A stretch of 64,000 nt of DNA from the NCBI GenBank assembly GCA_001643675.2, contig LSRY02000037.1, positions 248,001 through 312,000 of the forward strand, read 5' to 3'. Positions 60,391 to 64,000 of this stretch are shown here, in pieces. Made by a program: the position numbers and the translations under genes. The notes below the pieces were generated by a model. That model was not told where the DNA came from and made no database searches. It was given only the letters and a program-made list of their open reading frames with translations. The stretch comes from Monocercomonoides exilis PA203 (lineage: Eukaryota; Protista; Preaxostyla). Each line of letters begins with the position of its first letter. Position 1 is the first letter of the stretch.

Positions 60391-61715
60391 CTACTTCCGT
60401 GAAACCTTCCGAGGATCCAAAGAAGACGACGACGACGAAGAAGAAGAAGAAGACGAAGACGAAGACGAAGACGATGGGGACACAGCAGCCGTCTTCGCCA
60501 CCGGTGCAGCCGGCTGCTCTCTTTCTGCTCTTCCGCCCGAAGACGCCTCGGCCGGCGCGTCAGACGGCCTCACCTCTGCAATCAGGTCGCACAGCGGGTG
60601 GTACGGCGTGGCCCCGACGCCATAGCGCATGCAGAACGAGCGCAGTGAGTCCGGGTGTGCGGCATGATATACACGCGCCCCGGTCAGCCAGTTCCCGTCG
60701 CAGCGCCGCACCGTCTCCATGAACTCGGCGGGAGGGACAGACGGGAAGATAATGTTGATCATGTACAGCTGGTAGTCCAGAAGCGTCATTGTTGGCTTCC
60801 ACGGCTCCGCGGAGTCGCCTTTTCGCTGCTGGTACAGGCGCTTCTCCAGCTCGATCAATCCTTTGAAAAATGGCTGTGGCAAATGAAGTGTATTTTGAAA
60901 TTTTATTTAAATTTGTTGATTAGCAGTTTTGTTTTGTTATGAAGAAATAATTTTTTTATTAATGAATAGATCTATAAATTGAATAATTATCCATACAGTA
61001 ATTGGAGCTGCAATGGGATGCTTTGAAGATAATAAATCCCATGCTTGTTTTAATGACATTCCGAAATAATCCATCATATGAGCAAGGCAAATGGTTGATG
61101 ATCTACTCATTCCAGCTCTACAATGAATAAGTGCTGTTCCTTTTGAATCCTGACATTCGCGTAAGAACTGTGTTTTGAAAATAACAAACTCAACTTTCTT
61201 TTTAAAAAAATAATAATAATTAAAACATTCAGTGCGTCCGGCCACATGCTTTCAAATTCTATTGTTGAAGTTGCGATATCAACAACTGGTATCTAAAAAT
61301 ATCAATGTAAAAGCAATTTGGAGAAAAAATAAACATATAATTCTTCGCAAAAAAAGAACAAAAATGAAGTTCAAAACCCAAAGTCTTTGCATTCCTGGTG
61401 GAAGTGCGTCATGGAGTTTTGTTTTCAGAACAGACACGATGTGAGTTATTCCCAGAGACTATTTTCAAATGATGTGCATCAAAACATAACTGTATATAAA
61501 TGTTGTATAAATATAAATGAAGATAACCTTCAAATAAGAAAGATCACTGGCTCCTTCCAGATTGGACATAAAAAGTTTTTGAGGAATTATTTCGGATATA
61601 ACAACACCAGGCATTCTTTTCGTTTTGGCTAAATCATGCAAAAAATAAAAGTGATCAAATATAAAATAGATTCAATACTTTTGGAATCCTGACGTGCGAT
61701 TATCGGCCTACTCAT
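60391..61715 (-). CDS. Dual-specificity protein phosphatase (~312 aa); exons 61715-61679, 61628-61528, 61458-61378, 61292-61227, 61167-60997, 60873-60391
   Basis: Spliced product ISEIIPQKLFMSN..ASDLSYLK|SLGITHIVSV..W|IPVVD..ALN|FLREC....GTALIHCRAGMSRSSTICLAHMM..MSLKQAW......PIAAPIT|PFFKGLIELE matches the DUSP fold with the HCxxGxSRS P-loop. Five GT-AG introns of 50-123 nt. Confidence 0.9.
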
Positions 61716-61833
61716 GTGATTCTGAGAATTTTGTTTAAACTTATGGGTATTTTTTGAGAAATGGAAAAAAAGAATGATCGGAAAGATCAAAGAAAATTAC
61801 TTAGCCTTTTTCTTTTAAATTGAAAGGTTTATA
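61716..61833. promoter_or_regulatory. Probable bidirectional promoter between the DUSP and CNOT11-like genes
   Basis: Divergent ATGs separated by 118 bp; inferred from geometry only. Confidence 0.5.
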
Positions 61834-62764
61834 ATGGAATTGTCACCAAAGGAAATACGGATATTGGAAATAGCATTGGATTCAACTGATACATTCGGTG
61901 AGAAATTTAATTTTATACGGAGTAGCATCGATCCAATAAAATCCTTACCGTTGGCAATAGCGATGTCAAATATTATTACCGAAGAAACTACTTGTGAAAA
62001 ACATAAATTTACAGCACTTTTTATGATAGTTTATTTATATCCAAATTGTCAATTGAAAAAGCATCCATTTTATTACATATTTAACAAAATATCTTTACTT
62101 GATGGAGTTAATGTTAATTTGAAGCTTTTCCAGAGCCTATTGCTGACAAAAGAATATGAGAAAGTGTGGAAGTGCTTTCATTAAAATTTTTGTCTTTTGC
62201 GATATTTATTTACTCCTTAGATTGCAACTTTGACTTTCGAAGAAATTAACCAGCAAATCACAAAAAATCCTCCAGAAGCTGTTGATATTCCACTTCTTGA
62301 TTCTAATGAGAGTGGAGAAGAGATAAAAACGCCGAACGATATCGAATACTATGATCTATACTCTTTTCCTTCGAAAAATTGTTCTAATATTATTCAAAAA
62401 GATAATTGGATTCGTCCGATTCCAATAAGTTACAGCTTTCCTTTGCTTCAATCTGTGTGTATAATTTTTACAAATTGAAATTTTCATATTGGTATTTATT
62501 TATCAGTTGAAATGGCTTGATTTAGATCTTCCATTAGATCTTCGTTATGATGAAGGACTTGGAATTTCTCTAACAGGTTTGCTTTAATTATTATATTTAG
62601 AAATTAACTTTTTCATCAATCATTATATTGAATCTTTTTTTATTTCAAATTATAAAATTTTTGAATGAATAATGCCAATTACGCATGTGTTGGGAAATGT
62701 TTGCACTACAGAAGAAAAAAAAGAAGCTCCAATTTCATCTTCTTCAGAAGTTCTTCAAAAATGA
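61834..62764 (+). CDS. CNOT11: CCR4-NOT subunit 11-like protein, N-terminal part only (~228 aa); exons 61834-62163, 62221-62454, 62507-62576, 62712-62764 (last exon tentative)
   Basis: LSPKE..L, TF, TALFMIVYLYPNCQLKKHPFYYIF and WIRPIP...LKWL resemble CNOT11 [33 protein letters not shown] and FIRPPPP..ELAWL, as recalled from memory. GT-AG introns keep the frame. Confidence 0.65.
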
Positions 62765-63269
62765 AAAGATTATGCTTATTTTAGAAAATTTTTTGCTCCG
62801 AGGTTGAAAAAACTCGAATAGAAGTATTCATAAGTGAATCCGATACTGAAAACTTTTTTATGATTAAATCCACATGTGCAAATAGTTATTACTTATGTCA
62901 TTGATTGCGGAAGCTATTGGTGGACGTTTTATCTTTTTGAAATCTTTTTATAGATTATAATTTTTTTCTGAAGACCAGATTTTGTTATAATTTTTTTTCT
63001 TTGTTTTAAGTTTCGAATTGCTTATTTTGTGTTTTGTTGTTTCATAGAAAATAAAATTTTAAATAATTATGGAATGAGATACGAAAAGAATTGTTTTTCT
63101 CTTTTTAAATATACCACAAATAATTTAAAATGAGAATTTGGCAAACTTGAAGAATTTCTGATCTTTTCAAAGATTTTGTGCAGAAACGTTTTTACATGAA
63201 GAAGAAAATAAAAATTAAATTTTTTTTCTAAGGATAATAAATGTGTATTGATCAAAATAATTGCTATTA

Positions 63270-63650
63270 CAGTGAAGCTCGGTTATAATCACCTCGGTTG
63301 TAATCAAGACCGCGAATAATCACATTTTTTCGTGCATCAACAAATTTAGCTTTTTTATAGTCTAAATTTTTTTGAATAGTTCCTTTTGTTTAATTGTCTA
63401 ATATAACAAAATTTTCATATTTTGATCAAATTTATGTTCACAATTATGAAACTTCACAAAAACGGTATTGATAACATTCTTTTGGATTTGTTTCCATTTT
63501 GGTGAAGTTTCTTGAGTAGGAACAAAAAATTGATGAAAATATCAAATTTTTATTTAATTAGAAAATTAAATAAAGGAGCTTTTCAAAAAAATTTTGACAT
63601 ATGTGTAATTTCATCGGTTATAATCACACTAAAATCGTGAATAATCACAA
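63270..63650 (+). mobile_element. Left end of a pogo/Tigger-like (Tc1/mariner superfamily) element; right end not in the window
   Basis: TA|CAGTGAAGCTCGGTTATAATCACCTCGGTTGTAATCA..CGCGAATAATCAC at 63268-63324 resembles pogo-type CAGT..CTCG..ATAA termini. The subterminal motifs recur at ~63615-63650 (TCGGTTATAATCAC..CGTGAATAATCAC). Confidence 0.6.
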
Positions 63651-64000
63651 ATTTTGAAAATTAATGGGTATTATTATGTCTATTTTGAAATATTTGCAGA
63701 AATGAAAGTTGTTTTTTTCTGCTTTATTATAAACAAATGGGTGATTCTTTTTGAAAAGTCACAAAAGTTTAATTTTCATATAAATCAAAATTTTCATATT
63801 TTGATAAATATTTTGTTAACAAATATCAAACTTCACTTAAATGGAATCTATAACTTGAAAATCCTATTTCAAACATTATTGAGGAGATTTGTGAGCTGAA
63901 ACAGAAATTTGAGCATTATATGAAATTTTTGATTTATTTGAAAATTAAACATTTGCGACTATTCAAAAAGAATCACCCATATATTAGATGGAAAATGTGA

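Overview
Eukaryotic, AT-rich, intron-containing (GT-AG) protist DNA using the standard genetic code. The gene families and composition point to an oxymonad such as Monocercomonoides exilis (inference from family recognition, not a database result). The window has three zones. (1) 1-6 kb: the 3' end of an upstream gene, then a membrane-anchored phospholipase B-like gene head-to-head with ribosomal protein eL8/RPL7A. (2) About 6.3-25.5 kb: a transposon and pseudogene zone. It holds three foldback/MITE-like elements, a possible MULE-like element, a 7-kb segment bounded by Tc1/mariner-type TIRs that encloses decayed host-gene fragments, and one intact plus one decayed copy of an expanded hypothetical-protein family. 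(3) 26-64 kb: a ~4,100-aa single-exon receptor-like protein (8 beta-helix/Cys modules, TM helix, kinase-like tail lacking catalytic motifs), an MPPED-type metallophosphoesterase, a ~6,030-aa LRR plus Ser-rich giant, a 6-exon dual-specificity phosphatase head-to-head with an apparently C-terminally truncated CNOT11, and the left end of a pogo/Tigger-like element. Exon boundaries were derived by hand from GT-AG sites and frame continuity, with no transcript support. Most short ORFs in the track are antisense or off-frame shadows of low-complexity coding sequence.
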